Below are positions 33,722 through 43,713 of a stretch of DNA of 64,000 nucleotides, piece after piece (position 1 is the first letter of the stretch; every line of letters begins with the position of its first letter). Below the pieces are notes generated by a model. That model saw nothing but the letters and a program-made list of their open reading frames with translations. It did no database searches and was not told the DNA's origin. Made by a program: the position numbers and the translations under genes. The stretch comes from a virus, in the IMG/VR virus record IMGVR_UViG_3300016657_000126, positions 132,898-196,897 of that record; one strand, given 5' to 3'.

Positions 33722-36172
33722 TTAGCGTTGCTGGAACAAGCTTATCAGCGCGTTGTTTCCTGACACCAGCCGGAGCTCACCGAGGAATTGTCCCTTACCG
33801 CTCATCGCAGGAGTCTTCTCGTCCTGCGCAGCCTGCGTCTTCATTTTTTCCTGCATCGTCGAGAGCAGGTTTTCTTTCGTTGCGGTGGAGATGCCCGCAC
33901 CCTGCGACAGCTGATTGATCAGACTGGCCTGCGACTCGGTGCTCAGCTTGGACCAGTCTTCGGACTTCATCAGCTCGGACTGCACACCCTCAATGAGCCC
34001 GGCGCGCTTGCGCATGCGTGCCATGCCCCGCTTATCGGTCACGGTCACGCCGCCCTCAGCGTCCCACCCGACGGCGCCGCCGAACGTCTTCAAGGCCGCC
34101 TGCAATTTCGCCGGATCTCCGCTGGTGAGGTCCGCAAAGCTCTTTTCGTCCATGGAGCTGCGCAGCGCATTTCGGACCTCATCAGTCATTCCGAAGCGCA
34201 CGCCTTTGCTGTCGCTGGTGAGCTGCCCGAGACGGAACACACCATCCTTGGCTCCCAAGCTGGTGTCGGTGGCCGCAAGTCCGGCAAGCTGCGCCGGGCT
34301 CAGCTTCTTTTCAGTGGTCAGCCCCTGGAGGAGCGACTCGCTGAACTCGAGGCCCGCCATATTGATGTTGGCGTCGGGCATGAGGGTCTGCGCGAGATCG
34401 CGCGCCGCTGCCCCCTGATCGATGCGTTTGCGGTCCTCCTCGGAGAGCGCAGCCGCGGCGCCAGGCATTCCCTGGCGAAGAAGATTCACGCCGAAGCCGA
34501 GCCGGTGCGCCTTTCCATTACCGAACGCCAGTTCCGCGCGCGCCGCGCTCTCTTCCCCGAGCAGCGCGCGCACGCCGGCGGTGTCGCCCTCGGCCAGTGC
34601 CGCGCGCGCACGATCGAGCGTGGAGACGCTGAATTTCTGTGACAGCTCAGTCATCACTTCGCCTTGCAGAGAGTCCGCGCCGAATGCAGCAGTCAGCCCC
34701 TCGCGCAGGGTTTTGTTCGAAGCCAGGTTCCGGTCGGATTGCTCGGCGGCATCCATGTAGACGGATCCACCAAGTTCCATGACCTTCTCGGCGCCTATGG
34801 TCGCCGTGAGCTGGCCGGGCGTGTAGCCCATCTCAGCGAGCAGCCCGCGCGCTTTCTCGTCCGCCGCCATGCGATCCTCGAGCGTCTTGGCTCCTGCAAA
34901 CTGCTGCATGAGCTCGCGCGCTTTCTTCTCCTGCGGGACGCTGAGCCCGCCCCCGTTGATGAGCGCAGAAAGTTCTCCGGCTCCTGTAATCGATTCCTGC
35001 ATGGTGGCGGCTATGCCTGTCTGAATTTCCATGGCCGCCTTGCGCGAGTCGTAGCCGGTGATGCCGTTCATGCGCGCGGCGGACGCCAGATCGGTCGTCG
35101 CCGAAAGCGTCGCACGCCCGGCGATGTTACCGGCCACGCCTCCGCCGGCGGCGTTCACCGCGTCGACCACGGTCTGCATGACCGTCGCCACGTTCTGTCC
35201 GCTGGCTTCGATGCGGTTCTTCACCTGCTTGAAGCGCTGCTCCATTTTGCCGAAGTCGGCGCCGGCGCCCGCACGCATGCCGGTGACGGCCTCGAGGTTC
35301 TCCGCCAGCTCGGTCCAGCTCCGGTTCCCAAAAATGTTCTTCACCGTCGCCAGCGCTTTGGCGCCCTGCTCGACGACCGTCGTCATCTTCTTCTCGTATT
35401 CCGGGCTGAGGGAGCGGACGCGCATGTCGCTGGCGCCCTCCTTCAGATTGGTCTGAAGCTGGGTGATTGTCCGAGAAGTGGTCTCGGCAAGATCCGTCTG
35501 CCCTTCCTTGATCTGCCTGGCGCGCCGGTCCTCGAGGCGGCGAATGTCTTCGCGCGCGGAGTCGGCGGCCGTCATCCGAATCGAGCCATCGCGGTTATAC
35601 TTGGCCTCGCCGAATGTCTCCATCTCCACAGGGCCGAGCATGCCGCGGGCGGTTGCGGCCGTGTAGACGCCGGCGAGCCCGTCGCGGCCGACGCCGGCGG
35701 TGCGCTCCAGACGCTGTGCGCCGGTTGACTGGTAGGCGAAGTGACGCTGCAGGGCGTCCGCCGTCATCCGACCCGCGGCGAGGCTGAGCGGCCCCATTCC
35801 CGCGGCAAAACCCGTGCCCTGCTCTCCCTTCACCGTGAAGCCGGCGGCGGCACCATTATGAGCGGCGGCGAGCATGTTCGTCGTGCTACCTCCACCTAAT
35901 TTACCATCTGCTACCCAGGCCGCCACAGACTGCATGAGCTTGCCTTCATCCGCGGTAAGCTTTTTTTTGAAATCCTTGCCGAACATGATCTTAGCCGCCT
36001 GCTCGGTGAAGTAGCGGGTGCGCGGATCGTCCATCGCCAGCCCGTAGGACTGCCCCACCGCGATGTTCCGCATCATGTCGTTTTGGAACCTGTCCATGGC
36101 CGACGGCATGTAGCCGCCCGAGGCCATGCCCAGGGGTGACGCGGGGTTGTAGTTGTAGGGAAGGTCGTTCAC
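33722..36172 (-). CDS. Tape measure protein
   Basis: 816 aa, Ala/Gly/Met-rich and helical; directly after the frameshifted chaperone pair. Confidence 0.7.
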   Translation of the reverse strand: MNDLPYNYNPASPLGMASGGYMPSAMDRFQNDMMRNIAVGQSYGLAMDDPRTRYFTEQAAKIMFGKDFKKKLTADEGKLMQSVAAWVADGKLGGGSTTNMLAAAHNGAAAGFTVKGEQGTGFAAGMGPLSLAAGRMTADALQRHFAYQSTGAQRLERTAGVGRDGLAGVYTAATARGMLGPVEMETFGEAKYNRDGSIRMTAADSAREDIRRLEDRRARQIKEGQTDLAETTSRTITQLQTNLKEGASDMRVRSLSPEYEKKMTTVVEQGAKALATVKNIFGNRSWTELAENLEAVTGMRAGAGADFGKMEQRFKQVKNRIEASGQNVATVMQTVVDAVNAAGGGVAGNIAGRATLSATTDLASAARMNGITGYDSRKAAMEIQTGIAATMQESITGAGELSALINGGGLSVPQEKKARELMQQFAGAKTLEDRMAADEKARGLLAEMGYTPGQLTATIGAEKVMELGGSVYMDAAEQSDRNLASNKTLREGLTAAFGADSLQGEVMTELSQKFSVSTLDRARAALAEGDTAGVRALLGEESAARAELAFGNGKAHRLGFGVNLLRQGMPGAAAALSEEDRKRIDQGAAARDLAQTLMPDANINMAGLEFSESLLQGLTTEKKLSPAQLAGLAATDTSLGAKDGVFRLGQLTSDSKGVRFGMTDEVRNALRSSMDEKSFADLTSGDPAKLQAALKTFGGAVGWDAEGGVTVTDKRGMARMRKRAGLIEGVQSELMKSEDWSKLSTESQASLINQLSQGAGISTATKENLLSTMQEKMKTQAAQDEKTPAMSGKGQFLGELRLVSGNNALISLFQQR

Positions 36173-36555
36173 GTTGCGGCAACCAGTTGGTCGAGCTGGT
36201 CCTCGATCATGTTGTAGAGGCGGACAACATCGTCAACGGACCCGCCCGGCTGGCGGTGAGCGAGAAGCTCAGGCAAGCGCAGCAGCGCCATTTTGAGCTG
36301 CCGATCGTGCTGTTTGTTGAGTTGGTGTTGCATCTTCTGCACGTCGCCTTGGCCAAATCCCTTCGCGGCATTCTGCGCCGCGAGTGTGGACAGTTGGACG
36401 TGCCGCTCGTGCTCAAGGAGCACTTGGCTCTCGACGTAGCTGAGAAGGATGTTGAACCGGGCTATGTCGACGTAGCGCGCATAGACCGGCGGGGCGGATT
36501 TGATGATACCCCGGCACGCTCCAATGACCGCTAAGCGGACGCGCCGGGAGTCGTA
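36169..36555 (-). CDS. C-terminal (-1 frame) part of tail assembly chaperone
   Basis: Frame is open from the slippery site (FYDSRRVRLAVIG...) with no start codon until GTG 36423. Confidence 0.65.
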   Translation of the reverse strand, partial: YDSRRVRLAVIGACRGIIKSAPPVYARYVDIARFNILLSYVESQVLLEHERHVQLSTLAAQNAAKGFGQGDVQKMQHQLNKQHDRQLKMALLRLPELLAHRQPGGSVDDVVRLYNMIEDQLDQLVAAT

Positions 36556-37250
36556 AAAACCGCGTCGTAGTTTACGATCATCTCGGCCAGCGCGCGGTTC
36601 TTCAGCATCGCCTGCCGCACCGCGAGAAGCACCAGGGCCCAGCGGTGATTTTGCATCTTGCGGAAGTAGGCTACGCGCTCGCGCAGCTGGTCCGTTGTCG
36701 TCACCGGCGCGAGCTTCTCGTTACCGATCTCTCGGACCTGGATTGCGGCGCCCGCGAACTGCAGCTCGCTGAAATAGCGGTCTGGCTCCTTCTCTAGCCC
36801 GAGAGACTTGATGTAGTTGTATTGGATATCCAATACATCACCGGTCACAGTTTCCACGATGACGATCACCTTTCCACCGAGCATCGCCTGCTTGTCGAGA
36901 AACGGTTCGCCCGTGATTAGGGTGACGGCGTAGCGCTCCTTGTCTTCGTCGGAAGGCATCGAAGCCCGCACATTGATCTCGGGAAAGCTGTTGAGCCAGG
37001 CGGCGTCCATCAGACGCTTTTTCACCGTGGGCGGTGTCTCGCCCAGGGCTTCCTCCAGAGGCGTGGGAGGAAGCTCCTTCCGTGACGGAGCCTCGGGCGT
37101 GCGTAGATTCTCGAGCCCCTCCGCGGTGAGGTTACCCTCCGCTGCCGCGGCCTCTGCGGCCGCCTCGGCGACGAATTGCTCGGCATCAGCCTCGCTGATC
37201 GGCGGAAGATCGTCGGGTGGGGTGGGGGTGTTAGGCGGCGTCTGTGACAT
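36531..37250 (-). CDS. Tail assembly chaperone
   Basis: 239 aa from MSQTPPN; G GTT TTT near 3' end; upstream of tape measure. Confidence 0.65.
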   Translation of the reverse strand: MSQTPPNTPTPPDDLPPISEADAEQFVAEAAAEAAAAEGNLTAEGLENLRTPEAPSRKELPPTPLEEALGETPPTVKKRLMDAAWLNSFPEINVRASMPSDEDKERYAVTLITGEPFLDKQAMLGGKVIVIVETVTGDVLDIQYNYIKSLGLEKEPDRYFSELQFAGAAIQVREIGNEKLAPVTTTDQLRERVAYFRKMQNHRWALVLLAVRQAMLKNRALAEMIVNYDAVFTTPGASA

Positions 37251-39606
37251 AGCGGGTGGTGATTGATGCGGCAGTGAGAGCTTGAGGGGAGGGCATGGCG
37301 TTGGGCAACTTGTCACTCGGCGCGCGCAACGAATCGCCGCCGGCCACGAGGTGCTTCCCCTTGCCCGGATAAGGGAGCGACGTGGCATCGGTGCCTGGGG
37401 CCGGGCGCAGCGTGTCGGAGGTGTGGTCCCAGACGCCAAAGGCGGGCGCCGTGGGGTCGGCTGCGTGAGGAGTTTCGAGGCGCGCGTGCTGCTGGCTGAG
37501 GCTCTCCATGATCGGCTGCGAGGTCGGTATCCGCACCGGCGGATACTTCCAGACGGGTCGGGTGGAGAGCGTGAGCGTGTGCGCGAGCGGCGGAATGACA
37601 CTCTCTTCGTCTGGCTCGTCCGGCGTGCTGATGTCCGGAGGCGTGAGCCCTCCGCCCGTGCCGACGTGCTCGGCTGGGCCATTGAATCCGTTCGAGCAGA
37701 CTGCGGCGCGACCGGCGAATACGCCGTCGATGCTGATGCCGGAACGCGTCGCGTGCATGATGGAAGGAAGAAACATCCCGCTCCGGATGTAGCCGACGAG
37801 GCGAGAGCACCGGATGAGAAGGTCGCTCACGCCACGCAGTTCAATCGCCGTGCTGGCGTCTGCCACGATAGAACGGGCGGCGCGCATGTAGACCTGACCC
37901 TTCGAGGCCTGCAGCACCACGCCACCCGGCTTGGCCGGCGCCTCGGCGACGACGTCACCCGCGCCTGTAGACTCGACGAGCGTCTGACCGGCGCTGGAGA
38001 TCCGCGCACCGGATCGGATGGCCTCAATGACGACGCCGGCGCCGGCGAATTCCACGGCCGGGTTGTTGGGCGTTCCGGTAGGCGTCTCCGTCGGTTCTGT
38101 GGCGTCGGACTTCAGCCAGACGCTGCCCATCTCGCACAGGGCGCGCCACGACGTGCGGGCCTTGGCGGCGAACGCGCCGACTACGCTGGTGATGGTGACA
38201 TTGCGACGACCCTTGATCCAGACGTCGCGGCCGGCGGTCATGCGGATGTCGCCGCCCGCCTCGAGATTGAGGTCGAAGGGTGCCGTGAGCCAGGCGCGCC
38301 CACCGCTGATCAGAAGCGCGGCGCCGCTGCCCTCGAGCGCCATGATTCCGCCGTCGCGCAGAATGCGGATGGTCGCGTAGGTGAGGTACGGCTGCACGGC
38401 GCCGCCGTTGGCCGCCTGCTTGTCCGATTCCCCCGCCGTGGTCTCCGGCGCCGGCGTTTCGGACTCCTTCGGGACGCGCCAGCGTGTGGGCTGTTGGTGG
38501 AAACGGGCGTAGGCCACGAACTGCGAAAGCCAGCGGGAGTACTGGCGGATCTGGAAGGCCGTCTGGTGCGTGTTCTTCTGATCGATGCCGCGGTCCCAAA
38601 TCTGCAGGAACTGGCGCTCGAGGCCTGTGTAGAAGTTGGCGGTAGTCGGCTCATCGACGCCCGCGGTGCCGCCGATGTATTGAGGCACGTTGATGCGCAC
38701 GACGCGCTCGAGCGCGATCTCGCCCACGCTCTGCCAAAGAAGCGAACCGTCGGCGCCGCGCCAGTGCCTGGAGTTGGCCGACCGGGTGCCCTGCGTGGCC
38801 AGATTCCCGAGCACGGATTCCGGGCTCGTGATCCACTCGTGGATGAAGTCGCCGAGAAACCCGGTGAAGCGTTCGAAGCGCCAGCGTCCGGTTGAGCGCA
38901 GCTCTTCCTCGGTGGGGGCCTCGAGGCCGCCGGCTTTCATGCGCGCCTTGGCCTCTTCCGGAGTGAGCTTTCCCCACGCCTCGTGCTCGTAGGAGGTGAA
39001 GGCCTCGTAGCCATTCAGGCGCCCGTCGTCTTTGTGCAGCACGTCTCCGAGCGCGGTGTGCTGCGAGAAGTTTTCGGAGACCAGGCGCAGCGAGTCGTCT
39101 AGCAGGCAGGCCTCGAGGAAAGCGCGGCCCGCGCGCAGCCGCACCACGTTCAGCAGGAAGTCGACGCCGGATCCCAGCGCATTCTCGATGGAGAACTCCC
39201 CCTCGACCAGATCCTTTGGAGTATTGGTGCCGCCGAAGTCGGCGGCCGATCCGGTAGCCTCCAGATTCGCCGCCGCATCCGATCCATCACCCACCCCGCG
39301 GGCCCTCGCCTGTGCGCGCGAAACGGGGCGACCCGACGGCAGCGCATGCACGATGTAGGGTGGATTGCCGCGCATGACGATGACCTGCGTGCCCTCCTCG
39401 AGGAGTCCGTTCACGCGGTAGCCGAACAGTGGAGCAAAGATTCCACCACAGGCCCAGCGACAGCCAAGCACGGTGTCGGGGCCGGAGCTCAGCTTGACGT
39501 CGTAGGTGGCGGAGTCGCGGTGAGTGGCGAACACCACGCCGCGCGCGAAGTCTTCCGGGATGGGAGCCGACGACGCGAGAGAAGGGTTGAGCGGAGGTCC
39601 AAGCAT
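37231..39606 (-). CDS. Baseplate central spike (gp5/VgrG-like)
   Basis: N-terminal OB-fold-like GVVFATHRDSATYDV...EGTQVIV; beta-helix repeats DLNLEAGGDIRMTAGRDVWIKGRRNVTITS. Confidence 0.7.
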   Translation of the reverse strand: MLGPPLNPSLASSAPIPEDFARGVVFATHRDSATYDVKLSSGPDTVLGCRWACGGIFAPLFGYRVNGLLEEGTQVIVMRGNPPYIVHALPSGRPVSRAQARARGVGDGSDAAANLEATGSAADFGGTNTPKDLVEGEFSIENALGSGVDFLLNVVRLRAGRAFLEACLLDDSLRLVSENFSQHTALGDVLHKDDGRLNGYEAFTSYEHEAWGKLTPEEAKARMKAGGLEAPTEEELRSTGRWRFERFTGFLGDFIHEWITSPESVLGNLATQGTRSANSRHWRGADGSLLWQSVGEIALERVVRINVPQYIGGTAGVDEPTTANFYTGLERQFLQIWDRGIDQKNTHQTAFQIRQYSRWLSQFVAYARFHQQPTRWRVPKESETPAPETTAGESDKQAANGGAVQPYLTYATIRILRDGGIMALEGSGAALLISGGRAWLTAPFDLNLEAGGDIRMTAGRDVWIKGRRNVTITSVVGAFAAKARTSWRALCEMGSVWLKSDATEPTETPTGTPNNPAVEFAGAGVVIEAIRSGARISSAGQTLVESTGAGDVVAEAPAKPGGVVLQASKGQVYMRAARSIVADASTAIELRGVSDLLIRCSRLVGYIRSGMFLPSIMHATRSGISIDGVFAGRAAVCSNGFNGPAEHVGTGGGLTPPDISTPDEPDEESVIPPLAHTLTLSTRPVWKYPPVRIPTSQPIMESLSQQHARLETPHAADPTAPAFGVWDHTSDTLRPAPGTDATSLPYPGKGKHLVAGGDSLRAPSDKLPNAMPSPQALTAASITTRYVTDAA

Positions 39607-39643
39607 CGTGGTAAATCAATGACTTGTCGCCGGCTGTGGCCAC

Positions 39644-39672
39644 AAAAAATCCTGCGACTTTCGCCGCAGGAT
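39644..39672 (-). terminator. Intrinsic terminator after tail tube
   Basis: ATCCTGCGGC-GAAA-GTCGCAGGAT then T-tract. Confidence 0.8.
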
Positions 39673-39694
39673 CGGTGAGTGGCTTGGTTGAAGA

Positions 39695-40150
39695 TCAGTT
39701 GATCACCATGCCGGCGAGCAAGAGCGTCGCCGACTCCGAGATGTTCAGCTGCCCGGAAGTGAACGAGCCGCCGACCTCGGTGATGATGCCGGCATCGAAC
39801 GAAATGCGCGCGCGACCGTTGGGCTTCGCATTGCACTCGTTCCCGTTCAGCTGAACGGTGATGCCGCTGATGATGCCGCAGTCGCCCTGGTTGGACTGAA
39901 GGAGCGACTGGAAGCCGTCGCGACCGACGACACGTCCGAGCTCGGCGCGGCCGGAGCCACGACCGGTCTGGAAGTAGATTCCGGAGCTGCCGACCTCGTA
40001 GACCGTGGAGACCTCGCGCCCATAGTTGTAGCTCATGGACTGAACGAGGGTGGGACGGGCGGAGCCGACGGTGATGACAGCGAACTCCGAGCTACCGAGC
40101 TCCTTGCTCGAGCGGACCTCGCGAGAAACGCCGTAAATGTCTTTGCGCAT
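39695..40150 (-). CDS. Tail tube protein
   Basis: 151 aa after sheath; LVQSMSYNYGREVSTVYEVGS motif. Confidence 0.8.
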   Translation of the reverse strand: MRKDIYGVSREVRSSKELGSSEFAVITVGSARPTLVQSMSYNYGREVSTVYEVGSSGIYFQTGRGSGRAELGRVVGRDGFQSLLQSNQGDCGIISGITVQLNGNECNAKPNGRARISFDAGIITEVGGSFTSGQLNISESATLLLAGMVIN

Positions 40151-40183
40151 GGTGGGTGGTTTTCTGCCGGGTTGGCGGCGTGA

Positions 40184-42997
40184 TTACAGGTCGATGGTGA
40201 CGGTGCCGGGAGCGTAGAGGATGTCGCTGTCGACGCCGTTGAGCGGCACGGGGACGTCCGCCTGGACGGTCGTGGTGACGCGGTCCAGGAGAGTCGGGTG
40301 CTGGGCAACGGAGAGGGAGCGGTAGTCGGTGATGAGCGGCCCGATGTCGATGTCGGCCGCCGAGGTCTGTGTGGCGGCGTTCAGCGTGACGGTAAGGTCG
40401 TGCTGGAGCGCGCTGAGCGTGCGGGCGGTGACGTTCTTCTTGCCGATGTATTTGTCGACGATCGCCTTGAACTGGAAGGCGAGGGTGTCGGCGACGGCCG
40501 TGACCGAGTCCTCGTAGTAGAGGAGGCCGCCATCGACGCCCGTGGTGAGCTGGTGGCGCACGTAGACGCCGCTCTGATCCGCGTCCTCCGCGAGGACGAG
40601 GGTGCCGGCGGCGGCCATGACGTTGAGCTGCTCCTCGCTGTAGCGCGTGTAGGTCGCGGCGGCGGAGGTCGAGGAGGTGATCGGGCGGCGGGTGAGGCCC
40701 TGCTGCGGGGCGATGGCGGCGCGGACGCCGGCCAGTTCCGCGGCATGGAAGCGCGCGGCGATGACCTGGGTGCTACTGTCGTAGACGGCGGTGGCTCCCT
40801 CGACCCAGACGTTGCGCACGCGGCGGTCGCCGAGCGCCTGGCTCTCGGCGGCGACGAAGGCGGCCTGGGTGGCGGGGGTGTCGGCCTTGAAGATCTTGTA
40901 GGGCACCGCGGGGCTGATGGGCGCGACAGGGCCGGCGGCGAGGACCAGCTCGGTGTTGGAGAGCACGGCCTCGACCGCATACTCCTGCCCGGAGCCGAGG
41001 ACGAAGCGATCGCCGGCGGCGACACCGCGGGCGGCAAAGCCGTCGGCGAGATCGAATCCGGTAGCCGTCACGAGGCGATTTCCACCCGGATAGGCGGAGA
41101 TCGTGGCGGTGAAGCTGCCTCCCTGCGGCGAGAGGTTGACCACGGCGTAAGAGCCGGGAGACTCGGTCGCGCAGAAGGCGCAGCGCCAGCGCTTCTTGGT
41201 GCGCGTGGACATGGCGACGACGTGATCGCGCGCGGTGACACGCACGTCGCGACGATCAGAGAGGATGGCTAGCGCGTAATACTTGTCGGCGTTAGCCAGC
41301 TTCTCGAGGGCGGCGGCGAAGGCCTCGGCGGTGTCGGCGCTGACGGCCAGCGCGTAGACGGCCTGGCCGGCGGAGAGGGCGCGTTCGCAACCGAACGCGA
41401 GTTCGTTGGCCGGCGTGATGCGCCCGAAGTTGGTGGCGATGGCGTCGACGCTGTCGATGAAGACAGGCTGGGCGGAAGCCGGAATGGTCGCGCGCCAGGT
41501 GGCGAACAGCTCGCCGGTGCCGTCTACGAACGGCACCCACTGGTAACCGGCCGTGCGGGAGGGAACCAGCATGCTCATGCCACCGAGGACTTCGATGCCG
41601 TCGTAGAGATCTACATTCCAAGCGGTGCCGTTGGCGGCGGCCGTGCGAGCGATCTCGCCGGTGTAGGCGATGCGGAAGGAAACTTCGGTGAGGGCGACCG
41701 AGGCGTCGATGAACAGGCCGGTGTCGACCGCCGGACCATCGAGGATAACGCCGTCGAAGGCGGTGCTCGAGGAGGTCGCGGCCTTGGCCTTGACGAAGTA
41801 GACGTCGCCCGTGCGAAGACCGCCCTGGGTGGGGAGCGCAGGCGTGGTGTTGAACTGCGCGCGGAGACCGTAGGTGCCGATGGTGAAGTTGGTGTTGTTG
41901 ACGACGGTGACCTGGGAGGCCGTATCGATGCCCGCGGTGTCGGTGATCTCGAGGACCGCGCCGGCGTAGCCGTTGGCGGTACCGGTGACGACGCGCACCA
42001 TGTAGGTGGTGTCGATCGGCCCGGTATAGCCGGCGCCGGTGTCGGAAAGCACGAGCTGCGCGGTGCTGAGGCGCTGGTAGGTGGGAAACACCTTGAAGCG
42101 GAAAACCTGCCCGGCGGTGACGTTACCGGCGGCGGTGGTGATGCGCACCGTCAGACCACCGAGCTCCGCGCTGGTGATCTGGTAGACGCCGGCGGAGTTG
42201 GTCGAGGCCACGGCCGAGGCAGCGAAAAGGCCGGAGGTGGAGGCGATGTTGAAGGTGGCGACGCCGGGCGCGCCGGGATTGGCGACGGTGAGGATAAACT
42301 CCTCGCCGTATTTGCCCTCGAGGAAGGCGCCGCGGATAAGCCCATTGAAGGCGTTGGCGTTGGTCGTGGCGATCGTGAAGCCCGGAGGCGCCGAAACCGT
42401 GACGAGGCCGGCGCCGGGATCCGCGGTGACCGGATTGAATGCGCTGTTGGCGAGATTGCCGTCGGCGCCGTCGGAGCCGTAGTCGGAGGCGAGACGACGC
42501 CCGACGAGGCCCGTGACGGTGCGGCGGCGGGAGCCGAAGGCGGTGCGCACGTGGACAACGTCCCCGATCTGAACTCCGCGACCGTAGAGCGATGCGTGCA
42601 GGCTGTCGCCGGCCAGATTGGTAGCGGCGATGAGGCGGACGACCGAGGGCTGGTCGATGGCGTCGATCTTGAAGGTGGTGCCGGCGGCGATGCTGTTCGC
42701 GAGCTCGGCCTCGAGGCCCTCACCGAACAAACGGGTGAAGGCGTTGTCGACGAGGTGCGCGGCGGGCTTGATAACTTGCGGGCCGGCGGCACTCAGCTTG
42801 TAAGCAAGGGGGAGCATCAGACCGGCGGAATCGAATGCGACACCCGCGACCTTGGGGTCGATGCCATAGCGCTGCAGGTTGTAGCAGAGACCCAGCACAA
42901 CCGCGTGACGCGAGGCGGCGGCCACACCTTGGACTACCGCCAAAGTCTGACGGATGGTGGATTGAGGCGCAGAGTAATTCGGAATCGTCGAGGGCAT
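40184..42997 (-). CDS. Contractile tail sheath protein (937 aa)
   Basis: C-terminal HVVAMS...KRWR, PQQGLT, LNVMAAAGTLVL, VYVRHQLTT, DVPVPLN; strongly biased codons. Confidence 0.85.
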   Translation of the reverse strand: MPSTIPNYSAPQSTIRQTLAVVQGVAAASRHAVVLGLCYNLQRYGIDPKVAGVAFDSAGLMLPLAYKLSAAGPQVIKPAAHLVDNAFTRLFGEGLEAELANSIAAGTTFKIDAIDQPSVVRLIAATNLAGDSLHASLYGRGVQIGDVVHVRTAFGSRRRTVTGLVGRRLASDYGSDGADGNLANSAFNPVTADPGAGLVTVSAPPGFTIATTNANAFNGLIRGAFLEGKYGEEFILTVANPGAPGVATFNIASTSGLFAASAVASTNSAGVYQITSAELGGLTVRITTAAGNVTAGQVFRFKVFPTYQRLSTAQLVLSDTGAGYTGPIDTTYMVRVVTGTANGYAGAVLEITDTAGIDTASQVTVVNNTNFTIGTYGLRAQFNTTPALPTQGGLRTGDVYFVKAKAATSSSTAFDGVILDGPAVDTGLFIDASVALTEVSFRIAYTGEIARTAAANGTAWNVDLYDGIEVLGGMSMLVPSRTAGYQWVPFVDGTGELFATWRATIPASAQPVFIDSVDAIATNFGRITPANELAFGCERALSAGQAVYALAVSADTAEAFAAALEKLANADKYYALAILSDRRDVRVTARDHVVAMSTRTKKRWRCAFCATESPGSYAVVNLSPQGGSFTATISAYPGGNRLVTATGFDLADGFAARGVAAGDRFVLGSGQEYAVEAVLSNTELVLAAGPVAPISPAVPYKIFKADTPATQAAFVAAESQALGDRRVRNVWVEGATAVYDSSTQVIAARFHAAELAGVRAAIAPQQGLTRRPITSSTSAAATYTRYSEEQLNVMAAAGTLVLAEDADQSGVYVRHQLTTGVDGGLLYYEDSVTAVADTLAFQFKAIVDKYIGKKNVTARTLSALQHDLTVTLNAATQTSAADIDIGPLITDYRSLSVAQHPTLLDRVTTTVQADVPVPLNGVDSDILYAPGTVTIDL

Positions 42998-43047
42998 GTT
43001 GTGAAAGATTTTTCAGTTATGGAAAAACGAGTCAACGGAGCGCACCT

Positions 43048-43713
43048 TCACTGACCTGCGCGCGCCTGAATTTCGGCCTCAGCCTTCTTCATCAGCAGCG
43101 TTTCTTCACGCAACGTCACCGCGTAGTCTATGTGCATGCGCAGCCCGGTAGAGGCGATCCACGCTTCCTTCATGCGCGGGCTTTTTTTCGGCATGATGAT
43201 TCCGGTCGGAGCTACCGCGCGAACTTTGTCGAGTGCCCGCATCACAGGCATGAGTCCGATCATGTGGACCATCAGACCTTCGGCCAGAGCCAGCGCCTGA
43301 TCGTAGCGCGGAGTCTCGATTTCCACCGAGAGAATCGTGTCCGGCATCTGGTAAACGATGTTGGCTGTCGCACCATCATCGTAGTTATCTTCCGAGAGTT
43401 CACCCTCGTTGTTCATCGACGTGCGCAGGGTGTTGATGTCACCGAGACGCACCGTCAGCAGCGGGAGATTGGATTGATCTGTCGGCGTCACCTTACCGTC
43501 GAGGTCGATCCAGATGGTGTTCTCCGCCGGGTTCTCGGGGTTGTATCGCAGGCACTTCAGGTCCTCGGAAATTCCCTCGCGCGCCTGCTCGTCCATCAAG
43601 AACACCTCGATGGAGCTCAGCGCGATCTTGCGCAGCAGCACCAACGAAAAGGGAGTGGTGGGGCAGCGCCGGAGAAACTCCAGGCGGTCGGCGGTGACGG
43701 AAGGCAGGCTCAT
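43048..43713 (-). CDS. Tail terminator/neck protein
   Basis: 221 aa directly upstream of sheath; LPLLTVRLG. Confidence 0.55.
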   Translation of the reverse strand: MSLPSVTADRLEFLRRCPTTPFSLVLLRKIALSSIEVFLMDEQAREGISEDLKCLRYNPENPAENTIWIDLDGKVTPTDQSNLPLLTVRLGDINTLRTSMNNEGELSEDNYDDGATANIVYQMPDTILSVEIETPRYDQALALAEGLMVHMIGLMPVMRALDKVRAVAPTGIIMPKKSPRMKEAWIASTGLRMHIDYAVTLREETLLMKKAEAEIQARAGQ

